A stretch of 64,000 nt of DNA from Nitrospira sp. Lineage in GTDB: Bacteria; Nitrospirota; Nitrospiria; Nitrospirales; Nitrospiraceae. Both the position numbers and the translations under genes were made by a program. How positions within the stretch are numbered: position 1 is the stretch's first letter; every line of letters begins with the position of its first letter. Positions 39,824-48,771 of this stretch are shown here, piece after piece. The DNA is taken from positions 59,820-123,819 of the forward strand of contig JAEURX010000013.1 of the NCBI GenBank assembly GCA_016788885.1, written 5' to 3'. The notes beneath the pieces were generated by a model. The model searched no databases. It had not been told where the DNA came from and saw only the letters and a list, made by a program, of their open reading frames with translations.

Positions 39824-41623
39824 TTAATGGCCGGGGATGCGTATCGCGGGCTTTTCCGCTTCTTCCGGAACATGGATCAGCGATTGACTGGCCAGCAGGA
39901 TGTAGCCATACCGTTCGAGCATGACCGGGTAATCCATCGTCTCGAACGGCAAGCGATTGCGCATGGGTTCCGGTAAGAGAATCATGGTGCGTCCCGGTTG
40001 GGTCAGGTAGGGCTTGATGTTGGCTTCTTCCCCCTTCGGAACGACGATCGCTTTTCGCTTGGCGTAGAACACCAGTGAGGGGCGTGGTTGCCCGTAGAGA
40101 ATCAATCGGTCGTTGGGGCCGAGATTGAGTCCCGCGACTTCAGCCAACTGCTGGGGCGGCTCGATGACAAAATGATTGATCAGCGGAAAGGTCAGCTGCA
40201 TGGCGGCCAGCACGACGAGGGCCAGTGAGCCGCCCGCGGCCCAGAAGGCAGCCGGTCTTCGCGTTTCGCTCAGTCCGAAATAGGCCACGAGTCCCATCCC
40301 GAGGAGGAAAATCGACGCGACCGTGTAGGGGCCTGGTCCAAGGGTGACCTGCCCAGCCAAGGGAAACTCCTCCACCAACTTCCCGGCAAATTTGGCATAG
40401 AGCGGGGGCAGGACGGCAAACGCCAGGGCGAGGACAGAGCCCACGGCTGTCATGATGTGGATCGCGGCTCGCAGGCCCGGCGCGGCCTGGTCCGAGACGC
40501 ACCGATTCCAGTAGCAGGCCGCCAGAATTGCCGCACCGGGAAACAAGGGGCCGATATAGTGCGGCAAGCGGGTGGAGGAAAGACTGAAAAAGATGAATCC
40601 CCCCAGGACCCAGGCTGCGGCGAACCATTCGAGCGCATCGGGTGTGGAGTGGGTCTCGACCTCGGCCGACCGGCTGGGAGGGAGGGCTCCAGTTCGTCGA
40701 GCCTCACGCCAACTCCGGTAGCTTTGGTGCCAGGCAAAGGGCAATAGCGCGCTCCAGGGAAAAAATCCGAGTAGGAAGACCGGGATGTAAAACAGCAGCG
40801 TGCCGCCATGCCCTTCCATGGCGCCGAAGAAGCGGCCGATCGTATCGCCCTGTGCGGATGTCGTATATCGCTGGCCGTGAATGTTCAGCATCATGAGATA
40901 CCAGGGAAGCGCCAGGGCGACGAACAGGATGAGACCGGGAATGAGATGCCCGCGACGACGAAACAGCGGCCAGGACCGGGTGAGCCACAGGTACAGCCCC
41001 ACGGCCAGCATCGGAATCAAGAAGCCGATGGGGCCCTTGGTCAGCGTCGCCAGGGCCATGCCGATGTAGAAGAGCCACATAGCGTGGCGTTCGCGCCCCT
41101 CGCCGTGCACTCCCAGCCAGAATCCGTACAGAGACAGGGTGGTGAAGAAGATCAGCACGCTGTCGGTCAGCGCCATGCGACTCAGCCCGATGATCTCCAG
41201 GTTCAGTAACAGCATTGCCGCGCCGAACAGGCCGACGACCCGCCCCCGGCACCGTGTGAGAAACAGATATTGGAGGAGAATCAGCCCCAGACCGAAGAGG
41301 GCTGAGGGAAACCGCGCGGCGAATTCGTTGACACCGAACAGGTGGTAGGAGGCGGTCATCAGCCAGTACACAAAGACCGGCTTGGCGAAGCGCGGTTCAT
41401 AGTTGAAGGTCGGACTGATGTAGTTGCCCGTTTCATACATTTCCCGGCCGGCTTCGGCGTTTCGACCTTCATCCCGGTCGGTCAGGCCGAGCGAGCCGAG
41501 TCCGACGAAGAACAGCACGGCGGCCATCGCCAGCAACAGCACGAGCGCGAGCGGCTGAATGGAGCGGTCGATCGGCGCAGGTGTCTGCAGAGGAGGGAGC
41601 TCTCCGTTCATCTGTGGTTCCAT
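39824..41623 (-). CDS. ArnT/GT39-family membrane glycosyltransferase
   Basis: DRDEGRNAEAGREM, RFAKP and LTKGPIG motifs; start moved to 41623 (TAATG overlap with the upstream stop). Confidence 0.9.
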   Translation of the reverse strand: MEPQMNGELPPLQTPAPIDRSIQPLALVLLLAMAAVLFFVGLGSLGLTDRDEGRNAEAGREMYETGNYISPTFNYEPRFAKPVFVYWLMTASYHLFGVNEFAARFPSALFGLGLILLQYLFLTRCRGRVVGLFGAAMLLLNLEIIGLSRMALTDSVLIFFTTLSLYGFWLGVHGEGRERHAMWLFYIGMALATLTKGPIGFLIPMLAVGLYLWLTRSWPLFRRRGHLIPGLILFVALALPWYLMMLNIHGQRYTTSAQGDTIGRFFGAMEGHGGTLLFYIPVFLLGFFPWSALLPFAWHQSYRSWREARRTGALPPSRSAEVETHSTPDALEWFAAAWVLGGFIFFSLSSTRLPHYIGPLFPGAAILAACYWNRCVSDQAAPGLRAAIHIMTAVGSVLALAFAVLPPLYAKFAGKLVEEFPLAGQVTLGPGPYTVASIFLLGMGLVAYFGLSETRRPAAFWAAGGSLALVVLAAMQLTFPLINHFVIEPPQQLAEVAGLNLGPNDRLILYGQPRPSLVFYAKRKAIVVPKGEEANIKPYLTQPGRTMILLPEPMRNRLPFETMDYPVMLERYGYILLASQSLIHVPEEAEKPAIRIPGH

Positions 41624-41922
41624 TACGATTTGGTCGCCGGGGAGGCCGTGTCGGAGGCGCCCTGGTTGGGACGATGGATGAGCATGAGGTTGCGAAGATA
41701 GACGACACTGCCGATGCTCTGCCCGGCAATGAAGACCGGATCCTGCCGGTAGATCGCGTAGGCCAGCGTGATCAACCCTCCGATCATGCTCATATACCAG
41801 AACGCCGTCGGCACGCGGCTTTCCGCATGGCGTTCTGAGGCGATCCATTGGATGACCCAGCGCATAAAGAAGATCCCTTGTCCGAGGAATCCGATAATGA
41901 TCCAGATGGTATCGAGTGTCAT
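41623..41922 (-). CDS. Lipid A biosynthesis N-terminal (LAB_N) domain protein
   Basis: GFLGQGIFFMRWVIQW, FWYMS and DPVFIAGQ..YLRNL; start moved to 41922 (ATGA overlap). Confidence 0.88.
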   Translation of the reverse strand: MTLDTIWIIIGFLGQGIFFMRWVIQWIASERHAESRVPTAFWYMSMIGGLITLAYAIYRQDPVFIAGQSIGSVVYLRNLMLIHRPNQGASDTASPATKS

Positions 41923-42680
41923 AGGCGTGCGGAGGTTGGTGACGTCCCGGTGGCGCGGTACTGATAACGCAGGCAACGATGCTGCATCCACCGCACGGCC
42001 ACCAGATCGTACAGGCCCTTGAAAAGACGGTTCCCCACACCATACTTCGATGTGCCATGGGCGCGAGGATAGTGGCGCACCGGCACCTCGGTGACGGTAA
42101 ATCCGTGCATCAACGCCAGGGCCGGGAAGAACCGATGCATGCCCTCGAAGAGCTGCAATTTATCAACCACCGCCCGTCGGAAGAGCTTCAGAGAGCAGCC
42201 GGTGTCGTGAACCCGGTCGCCGGTGACGGCGCTGCGGACGGTATTGGCGATTCGAGACGAAATTTTTCGCGTCAGGTTGTCGTGCCGGTCTTTGCGCCAG
42301 CCGCAGACCAGGTCGAATTGCCGGATCAGCGGGAGCAGCGTGGCGATGTCCGCCGGATCGTTCTGCAGATCGCCGTCGATCGTCATCACCAGGTCTCCGG
42401 TCGATTGTTTGAACCCGGCGTCGAAGGCTGCCGACTGGCCGTAGTTGCGGTCGAAGTGAAAGACTTTGACCCAGCGGTACTGCGTGGCCAGGCTATCGAG
42501 GATCTCGGAACTCCCATCGGTGCTGCCGTCGTCGATAAACAGCAATTCAAAGGGAGCCGATCGGGATTCCTCCCGGCTATCCAGCACCTTCACGAGTTGC
42601 TCTGTCAGGGGAACCAGATTCTCTCGTTCATCCTTGATGGGGATGACAACGGAGGCCCATGGGCGGGTCGCTACAGTCAT
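41919..42680 (-). CDS. GT2 polyprenyl-phosphate glycosyltransferase (ArnC/DPM-like)
   Basis: DDGSTDGS, NYGQSAA, DGDLQND, DTGCSLK and HRFFPAL motifs. Confidence 0.92.
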   Translation of the reverse strand: MTVATRPWASVVIPIKDERENLVPLTEQLVKVLDSREESRSAPFELLFIDDGSTDGSSEILDSLATQYRWVKVFHFDRNYGQSAAFDAGFKQSTGDLVMTIDGDLQNDPADIATLLPLIRQFDLVCGWRKDRHDNLTRKISSRIANTVRSAVTGDRVHDTGCSLKLFRRAVVDKLQLFEGMHRFFPALALMHGFTVTEVPVRHYPRAHGTSKYGVGNRLFKGLYDLVAVRWMQHRCLRYQYRATGTSPTSARL

Positions 42681-42910
42681 GGGGAGGGAACAGGTCCTTT
42701 AAGACTCGGGTTATCGGTGAACATCGGGACCATTTTACAGAACGCGTAGAGGGGTGGTCAAACAGTTCTGTCTCGCAGGGCGGTGTTGCCGACTGGGACG
42801 AAACAGGAAGTGCCACTCGGTGGACACTTTCCGATCGGCGTGTGTGGAGACGATCGGATCGTTGCGCAGGGTCGGCGAGGCAGCAGTTCCGCAGTGACGG
42901 ACCTGCCTGG

Positions 42911-43486
42911 TTACTGGCTTTTCGCAGGCACGTCGAATTCCGATGCGGCGGTGATGGTGAAGCGCATGGTCCCCATTAAGCTCATGTCGTTGATCTGTTC
43001 GCCGGCGTGGATTTCCACCTTATACCGGCCGGGTTTCCAAGTTCCTTCCGTGGGGAGCAGTTTGAGATAGCCGGTTTGGTCTTCCAGGGCGATGTACATC
43101 GCGTCTTCCGCCACGACCGGTAGTCCCCCCGTTGCGGTGTCTGGATCCGGATAGCAGCGTCCGAATACTTGAAACGATTGATAGTGCTGATGCAGTTCGA
43201 ACACGATGAAAATCGGCTTCGGTCCGGCGGTGAACTGTTCGGTGGGCGCGACGGGGACGATTTCATGGGTTCGCTGAAAGCCTAATTCTTCATCGAATCC
43301 CTCCGCGAGGACGATGCGGCGAAACATGCCCTCGGGCGGGGCATCGAAATTATACGGCGTGGCGTTCTCGGTGCGATTTTGAAAGTCCGGGATCGGCACA
43401 TTGCGCGTGAGAGGGAGTTCCTCGGCTTCGAGGGAAGAGGCTGAGAGAAGGACAATGAGGCACGCACGCGCACCGAACTCCCGCAT
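42911..43486 (-). CDS. Exported hypothetical protein
   Basis: Signal-like N-terminus MREFGARACLIVLLSASSLEA and a beta-rich body; start moved to ATG 43486. Confidence 0.7.
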   Translation of the reverse strand: MREFGARACLIVLLSASSLEAEELPLTRNVPIPDFQNRTENATPYNFDAPPEGMFRRIVLAEGFDEELGFQRTHEIVPVAPTEQFTAGPKPIFIVFELHQHYQSFQVFGRCYPDPDTATGGLPVVAEDAMYIALEDQTGYLKLLPTEGTWKPGRYKVEIHAGEQINDMSLMGTMRFTITAASEFDVPAKSQ

Positions 43487-43615
43487 GCCGTCTTGGTACA
43501 CCTGCCTCGGCAGGCCTGTCAAGGAAGCCCCCGGTGTGTGGACTGCCGGTTGGGAGGTGGCGCATCGGGGGGCTTTTGCCGAGGCGTGACCGGTTTCGGA
43601 ATCGCGGGAGACCGG

Positions 43616-43645
43616 TTGCGGGTGAAATTTGCTTCCTGTTAGACT
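43616..43645 (+). promoter_or_regulatory. Possible sigma70 promoter with extended -10
   Basis: TTGCGG-N18-TAGACT with TG immediately upstream of the -10 spacer base. Confidence 0.45.
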
Positions 43646-43670
43646 TTCCCTCTTTCCACAGGGGGACAGT

Positions 43671-45155
43671 ATGGAACAGCACCTGATGACGCAGGTAGAG
43701 GATCCGGACGCATTACCTCAACCGCTCGGGGAGTATAAGCCGGTCGATCATTGGCAGGCGCATATCAATACGCTATTCTACCGACTCCGGGGCGACCAGC
43801 AGCGCAGCTTCTATCAAACATTTACGTCGGCCGACTATCGGTTGGCACATGCGTTGGCCGCCGACTATTTCGAGCAGGTCACGAAGCGGGACCGGGCGGC
43901 CAGTAAGCCAGCGTCGTCCGGCAAGCCGAGTGACAGTGTGGCGACTCCACCTGCCGCTCCGGCGACGACTCTGACGGTCATGGAATGGGGGCCTGGAAAT
44001 GGCAACCTGGCCGCCTGCTTTCTCAGCCATTTGCAGCGGCTCGACAAGGCCGGTCAGGTCTATCCCCGCGTGCGCTATGTCCTCGTCGATTCCCAGGCGT
44101 CCGCCTTGGAGCAGGCGCGTACCCATCCCGACTTGGCTCCTCATCTGTCCAAGGTCGATTCCTTGTGCGCGGACGTCACAGATCTGGCGACGGTTGCGGC
44201 TGGGACGGTCGATCGCATTCTGTGCAATGAACTGTGGAACGAGTTGACGACCAAGCTCATTGTGAAGAAGGGCGGCGAGTATGAGGAAGAGCATCTCCGC
44301 CCGAACCTCAATGAGCGCACGGCGGCGGCGATTGCCGATTGGTCTGGGTTTGTTCGCGCGTTCGATGCCAAGGACATTGAGAAGTTGAAACAGTTTCCCC
44401 CGTTCCTGGACGACCTGATCTGGGAGCGTGAGTATCATAAGGTGGATTGGAAAGATGTGCCGTACCGCAAGACGATCACCGAATTTATGAAGGCCATCGA
44501 CGACGAAGTGTTGGTCCCGGTGAATCTCGGGGCCTGCGCCTCGATCAAGGAAGCCAAGCGGGTGTTGGCGCCGAATGCCGTGGGGTTCAGTAGTTTCGAT
44601 GCCGGGACGGCGGATATGCAGGTGCTGAACGATCCCGAGAAGCCTTGCTACGGCCAGTTCGGTGGACAATACAGTTTCATGGTGAATCTCGCGTTGATCC
44701 AGGCCGTGGCCAAGCACCTGGGTATTGCCGCTACCACGGTGGAGACGCAACGGGAGTTCGTCGGTAGCAGGCTTGGGACGAACGTGATGACGCTGATGGA
44801 CCTGTTGGCCTGCCATCCGATTGTCGGCTCGAAGGTGCAGGCCTGGGAACTGGATCGCCTGACCCTGCAGACCATTCGTACGGTGAATGACATCTATGAA
44901 AGCCCCTATCAGCGCAAGATCGACTTTCCCTTACGCCACGAAATGCCTGCGCAGGAGCGTGAATCGGCGCAGGGTATCCTGCTCTCGCTGAAGCCGAACG
45001 GGATTCCCGATACCATTGCCTATGTCACCGAAGAGGAGTTGAGTCAGGCGCAGGCCGAATTGGAGAACCTCGGCTATGAACGCGAGGCTATCCTGATGGC
45101 CCTTGGCGCGCCGCCGAGTCCTGTTGAGTACTATCACTTCGCCTTTCGACCGTAG
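43671..45155 (+). CDS. Class I SAM-dependent methyltransferase (MidA/DUF185-like)
   Basis: F.TS.DY motif, MEWGPGNG and ILCNELW; start moved to ATG 43671. Confidence 0.75.
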   Translation: MEQHLMTQVEDPDALPQPLGEYKPVDHWQAHINTLFYRLRGDQQRSFYQTFTSADYRLAHALAADYFEQVTKRDRAASKPASSGKPSDSVATPPAAPATTLTVMEWGPGNGNLAACFLSHLQRLDKAGQVYPRVRYVLVDSQASALEQARTHPDLAPHLSKVDSLCADVTDLATVAAGTVDRILCNELWNELTTKLIVKKGGEYEEEHLRPNLNERTAAAIADWSGFVRAFDAKDIEKLKQFPPFLDDLIWEREYHKVDWKDVPYRKTITEFMKAIDDEVLVPVNLGACASIKEAKRVLAPNAVGFSSFDAGTADMQVLNDPEKPCYGQFGGQYSFMVNLALIQAVAKHLGIAATTVETQREFVGSRLGTNVMTLMDLLACHPIVGSKVQAWELDRLTLQTIRTVNDIYESPYQRKIDFPLRHEMPAQERESAQGILLSLKPNGIPDTIAYVTEEELSQAQAELENLGYEREAILMALGAPPSPVEYYHFAFRP

Positions 45156-45213
45156 TGCGGGTGCGTGAGCGAGACGGAATGCCGTGCCGCATCGTCGCTG
45201 TAGGAGAAAGAGC

Positions 45214-45242
45214 TTGACTAATTAAATTCGTTTCTATAGCCT
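45214..45242 (+). promoter_or_regulatory. sigma70-type promoter upstream of tatA
   Basis: TTGACT-N17-TAGCCT in an AT-rich patch. Confidence 0.55.
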
Positions 45243-45425
45243 TTCCCGCGATTTCCAATCCAAGACCCGTTTTCGCTCAGGACATCGCGAGGATGCAGAC
45301 GGGGCAGGACTCGCAGGCACGATCATCTCAGACGACTTCTTTCACGAGACGGCAGTATGGTCGCCGGGGCGTGAATATGCGCCGTGCGAATAATCGCACA
45401 GCTGTAACAAGGAGCATACAGTACC

Positions 45426-45710
45426 ATGTTTGGTTCGTTCGGCTGGATGGAGTTGCTGCTGATTCTCATCATTGTCCTGATCATCTTCGGGGCCGGGAAA
45501 ATTCCCCAACTCGGTGAAGGATTAGGCAAGGCTATCAAAGGGTTCAAGAAGTCGGTTCACGAAGCGGATGCCATCGATGTGACGGCAACCGAGTCGGAAC
45601 CAGCCGCGGCTCAACCCACGGCACAAATCCAGCAAACTGGACAGCCGGCCACGCCGCCGCCTGCGCAGCAGGCCGCCGCGGCTCCACCGCCACGGACGAC
45701 GCAGGGATAA
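45426..45710 (+). CDS. tatA: Twin-arginine translocase TatA/E
   Basis: [36 protein letters not shown]; P/Q/A-rich tail. Confidence 0.93.
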   Translation: MFGSFGWMELLLILIIVLIIFGAGKIPQLGEGLGKAIKGFKKSVHEADAIDVTATESEPAAAQPTAQIQQTGQPATPPPAQQAAAAPPPRTTQG

Positions 45711-45803
45711 CCTGCGAGGCTGAGGACGCAGACCGAATGACGGCACTCGTGTGTAGCAGGGACGCCGCCTGGTCTTTACCACAACCCCCTCAGTAGGAAC
45801 ACC

Positions 45804-46103
45804 ATGTTCGGTCTTGGCGCTGGAGAAATTCTCATCATCCTGGTCATTGCGTTCCTGTTGTTCGGGCCCAAGCAATTGCCCGAAATCGGGCGACAGGTGG
45901 GCAAGGCCGTCAAGGGGTTCAAAGAGACGGCGGATGACCTGAAGAAGACGGTTGAGCCAGAGCTCAACATGATTCAACAGGAAATGAAGATGGTGGAGCA
46001 GGATTTCGAGTCGTCGATGAAGGAAGCAGAAGAACAGATCAACCATGCAACATCGGGCGTAGAGCACGGGGCAGAGGAATCGGGTTTGCCCAAGCAGGCC
46101 TAA
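45804..46103 (+). CDS. Second TatA/TatB-family subunit
   Basis: FGLGAGEILIILVIAFLLFGPKQLPEIGRQVGK with an extended amphipathic helix (TatB-like). Confidence 0.88.
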   Translation: MFGLGAGEILIILVIAFLLFGPKQLPEIGRQVGKAVKGFKETADDLKKTVEPELNMIQQEMKMVEQDFESSMKEAEEQINHATSGVEHGAEESGLPKQA

Positions 46104-46355
46104 TACCAATTCATACTCGCTCTACGGCTGTGAAGGGAGGTGACCACAGCGACAGTACAAGACCGGACGGTAGGTGGGTCCCGCTTCGGGACTGAAGCGG
46201 AGTCGTAGCCGGATGGTGGGCACCATTCTGGTTCGGCAGACGAATCCCTGCCTACGCGAGTTGGCTTTGTAGTGCAATAGCGGTTGGATGTATAGGCGGC
46301 ACCCGGAGTGAATGGGTACACGAAGGGTTGCCATCCAATTCACAGGAGGAACGCT

Positions 46356-48020
46356 ATGAAACGCATCCATGGACGGACCAGGTGGGGCCGGTTGGCCGCC
46401 ATCTTCGGCGCTGCGGCAGTTACGGCTCTGCAGTGTCTGTCACTCCCGGCCTTTGCCGGATTCGAACTTCCCCCGGGCGAACGTATCACCAATCTCCCTG
46501 CCATTCCCCGCAACATGCCGCAAAAGGAAGCGTACGAACTGTACGATCCAGTCATCGGCCGAAACTTCGACATCAAGAACCTCTGGATGCGCGCCGACCT
46601 GCGTGTGCGTCCGGAAATGCGGAACAATGCCTGCTTCGGCGGTGCGCAGTTGGCTGGGGGGGCTTGTAACTCGTTCGGAGGCGCCACTCCCCGGGGTTCG
46701 GCACCGACTGGAGGCAATAAGGGCAACGACATGTTCGTCCAGCAGTGGATGCGGTTGGGCATCGGGTACGATTTGTCGCCTGACGTGAACTTCTACGTGG
46801 AAATCATCGACAGTGCGACTTGGGGCGGCAACGGCAGTGCGGTGACTGCCGGTAACGCGGGCGATCCGCTGAACCATAATGGCGGTGTGTCCGGCGGTGG
46901 TGGTAACAGTGGCCGTCTGGGCGTTCGCGCAGCCTACATGTTGATTAGAAATCTGGCCGATGTGCAGGGCTTGAGTGTGAAGGTCGGCCGGCAGTATGTC
47001 GTGTTCGGCAATCACTCCCTGTTCGGCCACTTCGATTGGGCCAACACCGGCTATTCACATGACGGTGTGATGTTCGCCTACCAGACCAAGAGTTGGGACA
47101 GCTACTTCGGCTGGTTCCGGAATTCAGAAAGCGATCTCGGTCAGGCTACCCCCGTCGGCAGCGGCGCGCCGAATATTGCCGGTACCGGTGGGCAGGACGC
47201 GAACCGTGATGCCGACATGTTCATTTTCTACAACCAGATTAAAATGGTTCCTGGCATGGTGATCGAGCCCTTCTACGTGTTGTACCAGAACCGCTATGGG
47301 TCGGCGGACAACGCGGGGCAAGGTCTTGGTACGGCCAAGCACTCCAACCAGACCCGTCATATGATCGGAAACCGGATTGAAGTGCGCAAGGGCGGATTTG
47401 ATTTCAGCAACGAAACTGCGTGGCAGTTCGGTCAGATGGGGCAGGCTGGCGCGTGCCAAGGCGAGCAAAAATGTTTGCACATCAATGCCTGGGCGACCAG
47501 AAATTGGATTGGCTATACGTTCTACGACACGGCCTGGAAGACCCGCCTGGCCTTTAACCTCGATTATGCGTCCGGCGACAGCCGGAACAACACCTGCACC
47601 AACGGGACCAATTGTAAGACAGCGAACACCTTTGAAAACTTCTTCCCGACGAACCACATCCATATGGGCTATATGGACGTGCAAGCGTGGAAGAACATGC
47701 TGTCTCCTTCCGTCAACCTGCAAGCTCGTCCTTCGGCACGTGACCATATCGAATTGTGGTACACGAACCTGAACCTGGCCAATTCCAAGGACTGTTGGTA
47801 TCGTGCGGCTCAAGGTTGTTACGTGTTCTCGAACGTCAACAACACGAAGACCCACATCGGCGACGAAATCGACGTGGCCTACACCCGGATGTTCGCCGAT
47901 GGCAAAGTCGCCTTGCAGGCTGCGTATGGCACCATTTTCGCTGGTGGTTATTTGACCAGCACCTTGAACCAGACGCAGAATCAGCATTGGGCCTATATGT
48001 CCTTGTGGATGAACTTCTAG
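46356..48020 (+). CDS. Alginate-export-family outer-membrane beta-barrel protein
   Basis: Signal peptide, KVGRQYVVFG..., DGV, FENFFPTNH...GYMD and C-terminal aromatic (WMNF); strong RBS CAGGAGG; start moved to 46356. Confidence 0.85.
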   Translation: MKRIHGRTRWGRLAAIFGAAAVTALQCLSLPAFAGFELPPGERITNLPAIPRNMPQKEAYELYDPVIGRNFDIKNLWMRADLRVRPEMRNNACFGGAQLAGGACNSFGGATPRGSAPTGGNKGNDMFVQQWMRLGIGYDLSPDVNFYVEIIDSATWGGNGSAVTAGNAGDPLNHNGGVSGGGGNSGRLGVRAAYMLIRNLADVQGLSVKVGRQYVVFGNHSLFGHFDWANTGYSHDGVMFAYQTKSWDSYFGWFRNSESDLGQATPVGSGAPNIAGTGGQDANRDADMFIFYNQIKMVPGMVIEPFYVLYQNRYGSADNAGQGLGTAKHSNQTRHMIGNRIEVRKGGFDFSNETAWQFGQMGQAGACQGEQKCLHINAWATRNWIGYTFYDTAWKTRLAFNLDYASGDSRNNTCTNGTNCKTANTFENFFPTNHIHMGYMDVQAWKNMLSPSVNLQARPSARDHIELWYTNLNLANSKDCWYRAAQGCYVFSNVNNTKTHIGDEIDVAYTRMFADGKVALQAAYGTIFAGGYLTSTLNQTQNQHWAYMSLWMNF

Positions 48021-48099
48021 GAAGAAGCGATCAGCGTACAGCTTTCAGCGGACAGCGTCCTTGCTGATCGCTGACGGCTTTCATCAAAGGAGACACGCA

Positions 48100-48528
48100 A
48101 TGAAGAAACTCATGTTCGTCACGCTGGGCGTTGCAGCGTTGGCGATCGGCAGCCAGCCGGTCACCGCGCAGGCCCAGGTCGCGGATGCGATTCAAGCAGT
48201 AAACGATGCCATCGTCGAGTTGACCGATGCGCCGGGTCTCGGCAAGCGGACGACCGTCGATTTGGCAAAACGATGGGGGGCTGACCGCTCCGTCATCGAT
48301 AGTGCCACGGCGAAGTTGCAGGATGGCCTCAGTAAGGCCCAGTCTGGTGGAGTGGGCGCCGATGCCATGCGCCAATTGAAGATGGCGGTGGATTACGGCA
48401 AGGCTCGTTTGCATAAGGAAGCCCGCTTGTCTGCGCAGGGTGCGCTGCGTTATCTGTGCGTGGCCAATCAGGATCAGGGGCCGGGTTGCGACTCGGTGCC
48501 GAAGTTCGGCAGCTACACTGCGCCATAG
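48100..48528 (+). CDS. Small secreted helical protein, weakly SmbP-like
   Basis: Signal peptide ...AQA; AAAGGAG RBS; C-terminal Cys pair; start moved to 48100. Confidence 0.8.
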   Translation: MKKLMFVTLGVAALAIGSQPVTAQAQVADAIQAVNDAIVELTDAPGLGKRTTVDLAKRWGADRSVIDSATAKLQDGLSKAQSGGVGADAMRQLKMAVDYGKARLHKEARLSAQGALRYLCVANQDQGPGCDSVPKFGSYTAP

Positions 48529-48586
48529 CCAGAACTCTGGTGATCTTCGAGGTGTGAGGGGAGATCCCCCTGTCTGTCTCGAGTCT

Positions 48587-48625
48587 GAAACCCCGTCGGG
48601 TGATCCCCGACGGGGTTTCTCTTTT
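48587..48625 (+). terminator. Rho-independent terminator
   Basis: Perfect stem GAAACCCCGTCGGG / CCCGACGGGGTTTC followed by TCTTTT. Confidence 0.85.
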
Positions 48626-48771
48626 GAGGCAACTGACCGTCGACTAAGATCTGCCGCTGATGCTTGATAGTCTATTTCACCTGACGGCTGGCGAGTCCTG
48701 ACGGCTTGCCCGTGATTCGTCGGGCGTCTTATACTCGGCCGTCCGCAATACGCATAGTGAGTCGGTTCTGA

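Noticed and set aside
41624-42058. 145-aa N-terminal extension of the ArnT ORF
   Set aside because: It overlaps the LAB_N and GT2 genes; the TAATG coupling at 41623 gives a better start.
46261-46277. sigma54-like TTGGCTTTGTAGTGCAA upstream of the porin
   Set aside because: GG-to-GC distance is 11 nt, not the strictly required 12.
46190-46285. Assignment as a c-di-GMP-II riboswitch (TGAAG...GGGCAC...GTAGTGCAA)
   Set aside because: The spacing has a long insertion and the expected ACCG after GTGCAA is missing, so it is not called as a feature. It is kept only as part of the unclassified structured leader.
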